Below are positions 13,512 to 25,368 of a DNA stretch of 64,000 nt, in pieces. The stretch covers positions 94,054,001 to 94,118,000 of the forward strand of contig OX597820.1 in NCBI GenBank assembly GCA_951406725.2, written 5' to 3'. Source of the stretch: Octopus vulgaris. Taxonomy: Eukaryota. A program made the position numbers and the translations under genes. The notes beneath the pieces were generated by a model. The model searched no databases. It worked only from the letters and a program-made list of their open reading frames with translations, and was not told where the DNA came from. Numbering within the stretch: the stretch's first letter is position 1; each line of letters starts with the position of its first letter.

Positions 13512-13815
13512 ATTCGTACGATTCTCACATGGCACGACTTAAACCGTGTATCTGAGGTAATCACTTACTGAGTGCTTCACAACACATTTGAAATTAGCAA
13601 GGTCTATGATCTATCTATCTATATAAATGGAAAGACAGAAAGGGAATGGGGAAAAGCAGACGTGCCTATGGAAGCCATTCATTCGCTAAAATGTCGAGCA
13701 ATGTAGCTCCAGTTCGAAATAGTTGTAGTGTGACACAATGATTGGTTTAGAGAGAGGTTGGATAATGGTGAGATACCGTGTGCTTGCTTATATATATACA
13801 TACATACATACATAC

Positions 13816-13861
<46 letters not shown>

Positions 13862-14031
13862 GTATGATTGTCAATATATATGTGTGTGTGTGTGTGTGTG
13901 CGTGTCTACACATATACATGAGTATGTGTGTATTTAATGTAGGTATATAAGTGAGAACATGTAGTATGCTGTATGCGAGAGAATACAATTTCGTTAGAGA
14001 ATAAGGGTAGAAGTAGAGAGGTAGAGAGAGT

Positions 14032-14075
<44 letters not shown>

Positions 14076-14649
14076 CAGAGAGAGAAAGAGAGAAAGTTGA
14101 GGAAATAACGCAGGTGACATTCGGAAACAGAAAGGAAGTATATTCTTTGGAGAAGAAAAAGAGTAAGAAATGAAGAGGAAAATGTATTGGGAACAGAGAG
14201 AGGGAGAGAAAATTTGACAAGTGGTGTACGGATAGAGAGAGGGAGGGAGAAAGGGAGACAATATGAGAGAGAAAGAGTAAGAGAGACAGAGAGAGTTACA
14301 AAAAGAATATGAGCGAGAGGAAAAGAGAATGCGAAAGAATGATTATAATAGTGATAGAAAGATAAAAGAAATTAGAAAGAAGGGAATGTGTGTGTGTGAG
14401 AGAGAGAGAGAATACGATATAAGACGGTGTTAAATATGTATGCCACAAAGAAAGATAGTGAAGGAGAGAGAGAGAGAGAGACAGAGAGAGAGACAGAGAG
14501 AGACAGAGAGAGACAGAGAGAGAGACAGAGAGAGAGACAGAGAGAGATAGACAGACAGAAGTAGCTCATAAAAGAATTCTGTAGGTAGGTATTTTGGTAG
14601 ACATGGTAGCTAGACAGATAGATAGATTGATAGATAGATAGACACACAA

Positions 14650-14703
<54 letters not shown>

Positions 14704-15448
14704 GGATAATGCTAATTCGGTAGTTGTCCTTTAACCCGTGATTTACTATACATGTCAATCTATGATATTAACCCTCTGGCTTCATTCTGCAGCTCTTTCA
14801 TCTCCAGCTCAACTTTGCTTGTCCCCAACCCAGAGGATAAGGTCCTTCACCCCCTCCACTCACTACTACTTATCTAGAGATACCACTACAGCCTTCCCCC
14901 CCCCACTCTGCGATTTCCACCTCTTCTTCCTATTCAATCTACTACTATGAAACAAGATCCACAAGGCAGGTAGTCATCATGTTTGACACGGCATCGGTAA
15001 CTCAACGAGATCGATAATGGCGAATGGCATCATTCTCTGTACAACAGCTAGTGCAGCTACAGTAGCATCAGCAGTGGCAATAGTAGTAGTAGCAACAGCA
15101 TCTGCAGCAATGACAGCAACATTGTAGCAATATTCCTGCTTCCAAGCAGTGCCACATGGAAGGACTATTTATTCGTATTCCAGAGACGGTGTAATTCGAA
15201 CCGTTATTATAGAAATATTGATACCCGACATTGTGGCAATGCCAAATATTTCTTTAGGAAGCGGATGGGTTGAAGGATATAAGATTTATTCGGCCCTCAG
15301 TACTTGACTGGTACTTTATTTTATCGACCCCGCAAAGATAAAAGGTAAATTTGACTTCTTCAGGATTTGAACTGAGTACGTAATGAGCTGTAACTAAATA
15401 CCACATGACACTTTCTCCGACGATCTAATGATCACCGTCCTAGTAGTG

Positions 15449-15482
<34 letters not shown>

Positions 15483-15534
15483 CAGCAGCAGCAGCAGCAA
15501 TATGTCTCATCTTCATATCGCATGATAGTTGTAA

Positions 15535-15746
15535 AAGAACGTCACCGTCTTACCAGCGACACCATTCGCTTGCAATCTTCCATGAAAACATGTTTGGTCA
15601 TGGGGAAACATCATGCTTGGGAAAATAGTGAGGGTTAGCGACAAAAAGGGCATCCGGTTGTAAAAAAAATCCGCCTCACCGAATTCCCTCTGACCTATGG
15701 AAGCTTGCAAAGTGGACGCTAAAACGATGATGATGATCATCATCAT
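15535..15746 (+). mobile_element. Retroposon 3' end with (GAT)n tail
   Basis: gcgacaaaaagggcatccggttgtaaaa...gtggacgctaaaacgatgatgatg. Resembles LINE/SINE 3' tails as I recall them. Confidence 0.5.
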
Positions 15747-16435
15747 AAGTTTGTAGATACTTCATTAGTGATTGGTTTTAAATTTGACTAGAAAGTATAT
15801 TTGCCTTCGGGTGAGAGGAACCCTGTGTTCTAATTAGATGATCGAACTGTTATATAGCAAATTCGATCTTATTAAACTTCCCTGTGCTACTGTACTTCAT
15901 TTAGCAAAATCGTATTTTAGTTCTAAACAATATGATCTAAGACCTAATTATGCAATTTTATCCTTAAATCAATAAACCATTAGATTTTGGTCGTAGTTAT
16001 TCGATTTTAGCTCCAAATCAATAAGAACACGATATGTATCTGATAGAATATATCTGATACATACGATCAGCTAACTTTGTATTAAAGAGGTTATCAACAC
16101 CGCATTATACCGCGCTGATTTACATTTCCGCGCCATATTTTCTCATTAGAATAGACTATATTACATAACAGAAATATACCACATACCAAGGATATCACGT
16201 CTCAATGTTAAAGAACTGATCACTAGATCAATTTTTGCAGAGAAAACGTAGTTACACTAGAGCAGGCATAACTGTGCTTTTAAAGTTTGTTTTACACACC
16301 GTAATTCAGCGTTCAATCTTACGGAAAAATAACTTGGACATGAATCTTCTGCTATAGCCTCGGCCAATTCCTTGGGCGTAGAAGTTAGTAGATAGAAATT
16401 TGTGGAATCCGCTTGAGCGTATATACGTACGTGTG

Positions 16436-16469
<34 letters not shown>

Positions 16470-16512
16470 AGACGATCTCTATAGATATCTAAATATAAAA
16501 CAATATTGAAGT

Positions 16513-16960
16513 CACAACTTCACACGAGCCAAAGTCTCAGCTCTCCTCAACCTCCGTCGACGAGGTGACATCTTCATAAAACCGGCCAACGAGGGCGGAG
16601 CTGACGTGATAAGGCGCGCGCCGACTCCTACACGAATGAAGCGTTCCACCAGCTTTACAACTCCGCATTCTATCGCCTCTTGCCCCCCGACGCCACCTCA
16701 TTTTATATGTAATGCGTGCCCTCCAATATCCGCGAACTCGTCTCCTCCTGTGCCCTCCCCAATACTTCCACCAACCTCAATCCTCCCCCACCTCATACTT
16801 CTAGAGGTCAGTCATGTAAACCTAACCCACGGGTATTTTTACTAATTCTCTTCTTTTTTTCTGCCTCCTTCTCTTCCTTGCTTCTCCTGGACTTTCCTCT
16901 AGTCTCTGATGAAGTACAATGTCCGAAACATTATAACTCCTACCCTTTCCATTTTTCGTT
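16513..16960 (+). mobile_element. Internally deleted Penelope-like retroelement (Neptune-type) remnant
   Basis: HNFTRAKVSALLNLRRRGDIFIKPANEGGADVIRR / ADSYTNEAFHQLYNSAFYRLLPPDAT resembles the PLE RT N-terminal IKPADKGG..Y..EA.RQL....FY..L..DPT block. It is followed by PSNIRELVSSCALP (PLE linker PNLRDLLV..L), a pyrimidine-rich tail and a CTGATGA...GAAAC motif. Confidence 0.8.
16901..16940 (+). ncRNA. Degenerate hammerhead-ribozyme-like motif in PLE tail
   Basis: CTGATGA-A-gtac-aat-gtcc-GAAAC-att. Core intact, stems mismatched. Confidence 0.45.
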
Positions 16961-17044
16961 GAATGTTATTCTAATAATAATGTAAATGTTCCTAATACCT
17001 TTTTTTCTTCTTTATTTGCACTTACTATATATGTATGTGTGCGC

Positions 17045-17285
17045 GCGCGCGCGGTTTAGTGGTTAAGAGTGTTGTACTCATGGTCATCAGATTGTAGTTT
17101 CGATTCCTGGACTGGATGACGTGCTGTATTTTTGAGCGAAACACTTCATTTCACGTTGCCCCAGTGGACTGGGGCAACGTGAAATGAGTAATCCTGCGAC
17201 AGACCAGCGTTCCGTCCAGAGGTGGGGAATATATACGGCCCAGAACCTGAGAAAGCAACCTTATGAGCCTATGGCTTGAGAAGAG
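17045..17285 (+). mobile_element. SINE family C (V-domain-like tail), degenerate
   Basis: ggtttagtggttaagagtg...tttcgattcctgg...cttcatttcacgttg...ctgcgacagaccagcg. Confidence 0.7.
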
Positions 17286-17307
17286 CTGGCAGAAACGTTA
17301 GCAGATG

Positions 17308-17363
17308 TTGATAGTGACATCGATGTTTCGCTGATCGTCGGCTTCATCAGACAGTGTGTCAAA
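17308..17363 (-). ncRNA. Type I hammerhead-ribozyme-like motif
   Basis: Minus strand: ctgt CTGATGA A GCCGA cga TCAGC GAA ACATCGATGT C act. Full core, GUC triplet and palindromic stem III. Stem I is weak. Confidence 0.55.
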
Positions 17364-17642
17364 GCTAAATTTTCAAGTAAAATTTTTAAGTCACTTTCAA
17401 CATTTTGTGAAAACCAACTTGACACTCTACTTAAATGTATTGAGTGATTCTCCAACAAATGTGCAACTATTTTTATGCATGCATATATATAACAACCATA
17501 TATATACACCGCCATTTTAAAATCAACAGCATCAGTCATCTTAGTTCCTAGAGTAACCTGGAATGGTCATGGAAATTCGCAATCTGGCTCTCCTTGAATA
17601 AACTATTTAAAACAAAATAATTAAATAGTAACTAATGATAGC

Positions 17643-17935
17643 AGTTTCAAATTTTGGCACAAGGCCAGCACATTTCAGTGGAGGGATAAGTCGACTCCAT
17701 CGACTCCAGTGCTCCAGTGGTACTTACTTTACAACCTCGAAACGAGGAAAGACAAGGTCGGCATTAATAGATTTTGAACTCAGAACGTTAAAACGGATAA
17801 AATGCCGCTAGACATCTTGTCCGGTGCGGTAACGATTCGGCACCCTCACCTTAGAATACTAATAGTATTTTCTACAATAGGTGCAAGGCCTTAACTTTTT
17901 GAAGAAAGGGAAAGTCGATTACATCGACCCCAATA
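17643..17935 (-). mobile_element. SINE family A copy plus second tail
   Basis: tttcaaattttggcacaaggccagc tail and diverged body. Confidence 0.75.
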
Positions 17936-17956
17936 CTGCCAGCTCAACTACTACTA

Positions 17957-17989
<33 letters not shown>

Positions 17990-18282
17990 GTAGTAGTAGT
18001 AGTAGTAGTAGTAGTTGTTGTTGTTGTTGTTGTTGTTGTTGACGGAATAGTGAATTGGGTCTAATCAAAAATTTGAACACTGACAAAACCCTAGCCGCTA
18101 ATTGCTTAAAGTGATTCCATTTAGGCAAGTTTGGTTTGATTGTTTGTTTATTAGTTTTTCAACTACAGAAAATAATTTCAATATATTTCCGATTCAGTTA
18201 ATTACAAATGAAATCACGCTCGCTTCACTTCCTTTTCATTTTCAATGTTAGCTAATTTTATATTTCGTCGTTATTACATAAC

Positions 18283-18354
<72 letters not shown>

Positions 18355-18846
18355 ACGACGTAACTGTTTTGTTGAAATTGTTTAGTTTTCCATTAATATT
18401 TCTTGAATTTAATTAAGGATTCTTTCATGAAGAATACAAACAGTCTCAATATTGTTTGTGTTTACGCAGCAATACGGTGGACTTTTTTTTTCTCTTGCAT
18501 GTGTTGTTTTTCCCTCCAAAAGACACCGGGACGACCGGTTAACTCATAACAAAATGGAGAGTAAAAACAATAGACAGACGAGAGAAAATACTCGCTTCCT
18601 CTGCGTTACGGATGCTTTGGGTTTCCCCGTAAAATCTTGCCGTAATGCAGAATTCTGTAACGTGAAGGCTATTTTGGTATTTTCCATTCACTCCAGTGAT
18701 ACATAAAAGTCAATGAGGCTTCCCATATTACAAGGCAATATGAAAGTTTCTCTTGTGGTATCTATCACAGTATAGTTTGTTCTAACAGAACATCTGCGTT
18801 TAAGTGGGATAAATATTACCTCGCAGCGTTAATATAACTTCTGACG

Positions 18847-18902
<56 letters not shown>

Positions 18903-18948
18903 GTTGGTCACCAAAATATGCAACCCGTAATGGAAGCAAATAAACATT

Positions 18949-18989
<41 letters not shown>

Positions 18990-20320
18990 TGCATATATGT
19001 CTTTATGTTTGCGTTGTGTCTGCCTCGCACCACCGCTTTGTTGTTGTTGTTTTAACCCCTGGTCAGGTCTGATTCAAACTGACTTACTTTGAAAGTGTTA
19101 CAGCCGTGATCATCTCTCATTATTTTCAGACATAGTATAGATCTAAGAACAGAGAGGAAAGTCGAAAGAGGTTTTGTACCCTTTGGTAACAGTCCACCTT
19201 GGGACCTTACCTAGGAGCTACGCAACAGCAACAACAACATCAAAAACTAACATCTTTCTGAATAGTCTCGTCACTACAAGCCGCCAAAACTCAAAATATT
19301 GGAAGAATAACCGAATTTATGAATAAACAAACAGCAGATATTTTATCCTGCGCTTTATGCTTGATGTTTTGATTTAAATAAGACTGAAATGTGTTTCGCA
19401 GGTGAATTGTCAGGCAAGTGATCTGATTTGAAATTGAAATGATTCGAGCGTAGAAGACGTCTTTTGGTATCCATTCAAAAAACTCACAAAAATTGTGAAC
19501 TTCACCGAATCATTATTATTTGATGTCGAAATTTTCGTCGCAACCTGACGACTGACGTGATTCAACTGCATCGAATTTGTGAAAAAGACCACAAATATGG
19601 AAGGGTGGGGCACAGAGTACTATAGAAAATATATCAACAGTATAGACCGTGAATTACGAGACAGGCTACAGACTGAGTGAGAGATCATCAATAAATATAC
19701 ACAAATTAGATCACAAATTATGAAGCTGGCAGACCATAAACAAATATAGATGACAAATTATAAAGCTGGCTATAGAGTGAGATAGACAATGAATGAATAA
19801 TATAAATGATGAGAAGAGTGGAATAGACCACAAGAACAGGCTAATCTGAGAGACTACGAATCAGATTTTAAGTATAAAACATTCATATAATTATGTCGAA
19901 TAATCCCAAAAGGTCTGAAACTTTGGTGGAAGAGGTTAGTCGTTTAATCTGACATATAAATCACACATACACATGCGTCTACACATAATACACATCAATA
20001 ATGAAGTTCATAAATTTGCTTCCGTTCAAGTATCGCGAATAGAACCTGACGATTCGAGTCAAACAATTCCTCTGAGAGTAAACCTTCTTGAATATAGATT
20101 GTACATATTTTTTTAACATGTTTCAGTCACTGGACTGTTGGGTACTTGATAGAAAAGGCAACTGGTGCATAAGCTTATTTCAAGGGTTATTGCTGCCCTG
20201 CCTTCTCGTCAGTACTTCATCTAACCATCATCTACCATTCTGGATAGGGTCTCAGGCAGGACTTTTGTCAATGAGTACAAACCTTCTTTCAAGTGCACTC
20301 TCCTATCTGTGTGTGTGTAT

Positions 20321-20379
<59 letters not shown>

Positions 20380-20685
20380 GAGAGAGAGAGAGGGAGAGAG
20401 AGGTGAGGAGATAGAAAACAACATACAGAAAAGGAAAGACAGTGAAAAATCTTCAAGACAATCAGTCAGCTCTTCTGGCCACGTTTTGCACCCAGAGATT
20501 TGGAAATATTTTGAAAATACCTTTGCAAAGCATTTATGTAACACATCCATACGTGCGGGTGCGTATGGGGGGGGGGGGGCGCAAGCAAGTAAGCATGCGT
20601 GCATATGAGTATAAACTCACCCCAAGATTCTCAGCTTTGTTACTGCCCAAAACAAAATCCTAACAAGAAACATGTTAAGTGCAAC

Positions 20686-20882
20686 TTTGGCTCCACACGA
20701 CCATTAGCTCCTACACGCATTTTTTTCTCTCCTTGTTTCTTTTCTGTGTATCGTTCTGTCGAAGAGCGTAGGCTCGAAACGTAAAAGACTTTTCTATTTC
20801 TATTCCTGAGAGCCATACTAATACATTTGCTTGTTTGTACTCCACCTGCTTTCGTCTTTTCTTTATTTTCGTAAACCTTCCC

Positions 20883-20884
<2 letters not shown>
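20686..20884 (+). mobile_element. PLE-like terminal repeat remnant with variant hammerhead-like core
   Basis: CTGTCGA-A-GAGC-gtag-GCTC-GAAAC-GTA at 20756-20783, in a pyrimidine-rich segment ending at (TA)n. Confidence 0.55.
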
Positions 20885-20977
<93 letters not shown>

Positions 20978-21580
20978 TTTGTGCGTTAGTGTGAGTGCGT
21001 GTGTGTGTGTGTGTTTGTGTATGTGCGTGTGAGAGTGTACATGTGCCACGCGTGCGGAGGGAGGGCTTATATGCTACCCATTTAAACATGTTTAATTTTG
21101 ATTCAATATAAAATAACACATGTTCAAGATTTGTCATTAAAACTGATATGGAGCATACTGTTGCGATTATCATTAGCCCACTGGATAAGAAAGAAAAAAA
21201 AAGTAATAATAATTCTAAATGTTTTGCTTCATATTCGCACGAGAAGAAATATACACCTTCTGCCAAATTTCTAAGTCAATATCCGGTAGTAATATTACAT
21301 AAAAATAAATTAATTTTGTAGAAAACAGCACGAAGGAAATCCGGCATTGGTCTGTTTCACCGAAATGCTTTTCAGTTGGAATAGGTAAAATGTTTCCTGG
21401 TTTTTAATGAATGGTTTCGGGTCATAAATCTCTAACCAGATGATGTGGATTATTGATTATTGATCTACTAGAATCTATGTATCCAAGACGAAGTGAAGCA
21501 TGAATGACAAAACGGATGAGATGTTACGGAAACACAAGAAAAAAGAAAATGAAATAAAAGATGAGAGAGAGAGAGTGATC

Positions 21581-21613
<33 letters not shown>

Positions 21614-21920
21614 CTAGATAGATAGCTAGATAGCTAGATAGATATAGAGAGAGAGACAGGGGTAAGTGGGGGGAAGGAGTAAAAGACATAAAGAGAAAAC
21701 GAATGAGAAAAAGAAAGAATGTCTTGCCCATTGGCTTAACTAAATCCTCTTGGCAGCATCTCATGACGAAACTGCATAGTTACTACCTTACCTTCTCACA
21801 GATCAAATCACTGACTTACTCTGTTTCTGTGTAGAACGTGATCGACCCTAACGATAATGCAACTTAAATGAAAATGTCATGAGAGGCCGGCTGAGATACT
21901 TTGAGAATTTATATATTTCT

Positions 21921-22133
21921 TATTTCTTTACTGCCCACAAGGGGCTACACACAGAGGGGACAAACAAGGACAGATAAACAGATTAAGTCGATTATATCGA
22001 CTGGTACTTAATTTATCGACCCCGAAAGGATGAAAGTTGACCTCGGCGGAATTTGAACTCAGAACGTAGCGGCAGACGAATTACCGCTAAGCATTTCGCC
22101 CGGCGTGCTAACGTTTCTGCCAGCTCATCGCCT
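21921..22133 (-). mobile_element. SINE family A, young, with 16-bp TSD
   Basis: TSD gaatttatatatttct at 21905-21920 and 22134-22149. Confidence 0.95.
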
Positions 22134-22373
22134 GAATTTATATATTTCTAGGCGTATTACGGCCAAACAATTTGAGTGATAACTTGACATATTTATTCCT
22201 GCTTTGTTCTTTTCCTTACTGTGTCATTATGAAACTGACAACACGCTATCACACACACACACACACAAAGAAAAAAAACTCCGAAGTTTTCAAAATATGT
22301 TACGTTCAAATTAGCCTCAATGCACATACAGAATCATCTAAAAATCCATTTATATTAATCAAAATATACTATA

Positions 22374-22582
22374 TTATAGATCCATTATAGACGATCTTAT
22401 CAATCGGTTTCGTACAGGATATTAAGTAATCAGGTGATTATCTAATAACAGCGGTCGTCAGAAACGGAGCGGGGTACGGAAACATCCATCTCTGACACGC
22501 GCAGTTATTACATAATTAGCTGGTTACTTAATATCCTGTGCGAAACCACCGATTAGTAAGATCGGCTGTAATGGATCTGTAA
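22374..22582. mobile_element. MITE-like long inverted repeat (hairpin)
   Basis: Arms 22374-22453 and 22500-22582 are reverse complements with about 11 mismatches and a 3-nt indel. The loop also pairs (gtcaga...tctgac). Confidence 0.8.
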
Positions 22583-23620
22583 CACTACATATATAGCTCC
22601 ACAATATGTAACGATCACTACATTTTTAAAATACAAGAAATCAAGCTTTATATATAACGCTAAATTGTTTTCAATTTGCTATATGATATCATCATTCCTG
22701 GAAGAAAATTTCTATTTTCAATTCTTTGTTTATTCTTTCTTTCTTTACTTGCTTTTTGGCACAATTATGCTTCGTTTTATTTTGAGGCTAAAGACTAGAC
22801 GAATTTTATACTGCAACAAGTAATGCAGGAAGCATACCTGGTAGAAATTTCTTTTACAAATAAATATAAAGGAATATATTAGATATAAGAACCGAAAACG
22901 AAAATAACTTTACAGACTTTTGGGAATGTATGAATAATGCAATAGTATCATGTACCGTTTATCTATAATCGTTTAAATATTATCCGCAAGGTGTGTACCA
23001 CACCGAACATGACACGACACAACACAAATTAACACGTTTTGACAATAACAACTAATGAATTTGAATAGATGTTAATGTTTTGTTGACCATCATGGAATAT
23101 TAACTGACCGTTTTCATGTCAGCCTCTCAGGCTACGCACGTGTCAAATAATGAATTCTTTCCTTTTCAGTGAAATAGTCAAGACAACAATATGGTATAGT
23201 AACCTCTTAGCACTTTAGTAAAAACATTTGTTTATACTTTCTTTTCTTTTCGACTTTTTTTTCTTTTGACAAGTGAATTGATATATTTGGTGAGCCTTTC
23301 ATTCTCACTTCAACAAGTAGCAATTATGATGAAGGGTGTGCTTTACGGATGAGACCATAATATGCCTGAAGCATGTTCAGAGTTGCCTCCCATACATACA
23401 GAAGAAATTGAAATAAAATATCAGTCTTTTGCCAAATCTTATATTTTTCCTTTAATGCGTAATTAATGTTAGTGAACCTTTTAATTCTTCCCCACCACCT
23501 CCTCTGCATTAACCATATCGGTATTAACGAATACATTTGATTATTAACTACCAGCAGCATGACATCCTGTTGAATGCCAGAACTGGCTTCCGGTCTTAAG
23601 CTAAAATGCACACAACTTAC

Positions 23621-23674
23621 CCGAGTCTTTCGATGATTTATAAGTACGTTCGTAGAGGCCATTCTCAGTAACGT
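23621..23674 (-). CDS. 54-nt internal exon of an unidentified minus-strand gene
   Basis: Minus strand: branch-like ctCTAAC, then acattccttttcatttcAG|exon|cgg GTAAGT. Length is divisible by 3. Open in phase 1 (xVTENGLYERTYKSSKDS) and phase 0 (TLLRMASTNVLINHRKTR). Flanks are SINE-free. Coding status is unproven. Confidence 0.55.
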
Positions 23675-24733
23675 CTGAAATGAAAAGGAATGTGTTAGAG
23701 GTAACATGCCATGCGGTTAGAAATAGTGGAAGGTTCGCCTGCTTTTTGAAGACATTTCAGAGATACACGACAAAAAGGAAAAAAAATGGGATACGTCAAG
23801 GGTTAATTTGGTTAATTAACAGCATGGCAAGATAAATATACAAAAGTCAAAGTTCAAAGGTTAACAAAATGTCACATATCACAAGAATGGTCAATCGGTT
23901 TGTGGGAAAGAAATCAAGCTTAGTAACAACAATGGAGAATTGGGAATACAAGAGTTCTAGATTGATTCAAATGTTAAGGTGTGTAAAGGCTGCGGATAGA
24001 AATAAGCTAGGAAATGTGATGCACAAGAGAATATATAGGCTGAGAAGAAAGAGAAAATTTAGAGAGAACAGAGAGTAACAGAGGAGTGAAATGGAAGTTG
24101 AGAAAGTAGGAGAGTTAGAAAGAAAAGAGAGTGAGAGAGAAAAATAGAGAGTTAAGAAAAATGATGGGGTAAAGTTTGGTAAAAAAGGAAAAAGTATATC
24201 AGACACACAGAAACTGAAGAAGAAAGAAAAGTAGAGAGGGAGAGAGAGAAACAGCTATAGACGAGGAAAGAGCGACGACAGACAGACTGATAAGGATAGA
24301 AGGGAGACAAGCAGGTAGAAGGAAGGGAAGTGGTTGAAAGCAAGGTTGAGATTAGGAGTTGAAACAAACAAATGGGTTGCAAAAATAAGTCATGCTTCAC
24401 AAAGTAACTAAATAACAGAACAAAAAATAAATCAAAAGCCATGCTAAAAAAAAGAGTAAACAAACAAACAAAACAAACAAAATCATGCTGAAGGAATACG
24501 GGAGAGTTTAAGAAGACAAAAGCAACAATTTCGAATTATCGAAGACAGACAATTGGCTATACAGACAGATCAATGAACTTGGTTGTCTTTAAAAAAATAT
24601 AACAGTACGATGGTTCTCTCTGCTGACATACTTTGTCAGGCAGGTTTGTTGCTAATAAGGCAGCGGAGGCGGTTGCCTCGCAGAATAGTTTAATTTGCAT
24701 CCCTAGAAATTTAGAGTTTATCAGTTCCTCAAT

Positions 24734-24992
24734 GTGGAGGCGCGTGGCTTAGTGGTAAGAGTGTCAGCATCATGATCGTAAGATTGTGGTTTCGATTCCT
24801 GGACCAGGCGACGCGTTGTGTTCTTGAGCAAAATACTTCATTTCACGTTGCTCCAGTCCACTCAGCTGGCAAAAATGAGTAACACTGCGATGGACTGGCG
24901 TCGCGTCCAACTGGGGAACACATACGCCATTGAAACCGGGAAACCGGGCCCATGAGCCTGACTAGGCTTTAAAAAGGCGCATTTATTTTTTT
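24734..24992 (+). mobile_element. tRNA-derived SINE family C with 13-bp TSD
   Basis: A-box tggcttagtgg, B-box gtttcgattcc, CORE-like gtgttcttgagcaa and V-like ctgcgatggactggcgtc. TSD tcagttcctcaat at 24721-24733 and 24993-25005. Confidence 0.95.
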
Positions 24993-25130
24993 TCAGTTCC
25001 TCAATAGTACAGTTGAATACACAAGCATCTATACTGACTCCATTCTGTGTACATTTTTGCTTTTATAATTCTGGTCGCATCATAAGATTCTGGATTATTT
25101 TCCTTTACATTCTTCATAGCTAATAATTCC

Positions 25131-25368
25131 TTAACCTTTTGCCCGTTCTGGGTATCACATGTAACACTCAAAACATTTCCCTGGTGTCCATGCATCATAT
25201 ATGACACACATCTCCAATTCTTTTTAACCACCGGAGTAACTCGGGTCATATGAAATAAAAGCATTACATAACTCAGAACGTATGGAACAAAGGATAACTA
25301 AGACAGAAAATAAACATGAACGTTTAGGACAAACTTTTAAAAATTCTTTGGGTAGGCAAAGTATTAAA
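25131..25368 (+). mobile_element. piggyBac-like MITE, copy 1
   Basis: TTAAccttttgccc...gggtaggcaaagtaTTAA ends. The body matches 33956-34179 and 63267-63496 (reverse). Confidence 0.7.

Noticed and set aside
16540-16760. CpG-rich stretch with GGGCGG and TGACGT, suggesting a promoter
   Set aside because: Explained by Penelope-like RT coding remnants.
23278-23292. ttgatatatttggtg matching the 3' part of miR-190
   Set aside because: The seed end does not match and no precursor hairpin is evident.
24734-24810. tRNA-like A/B boxes
   Set aside because: These are SINE heads with no complete cloverleaf. No true tRNA gene was called.
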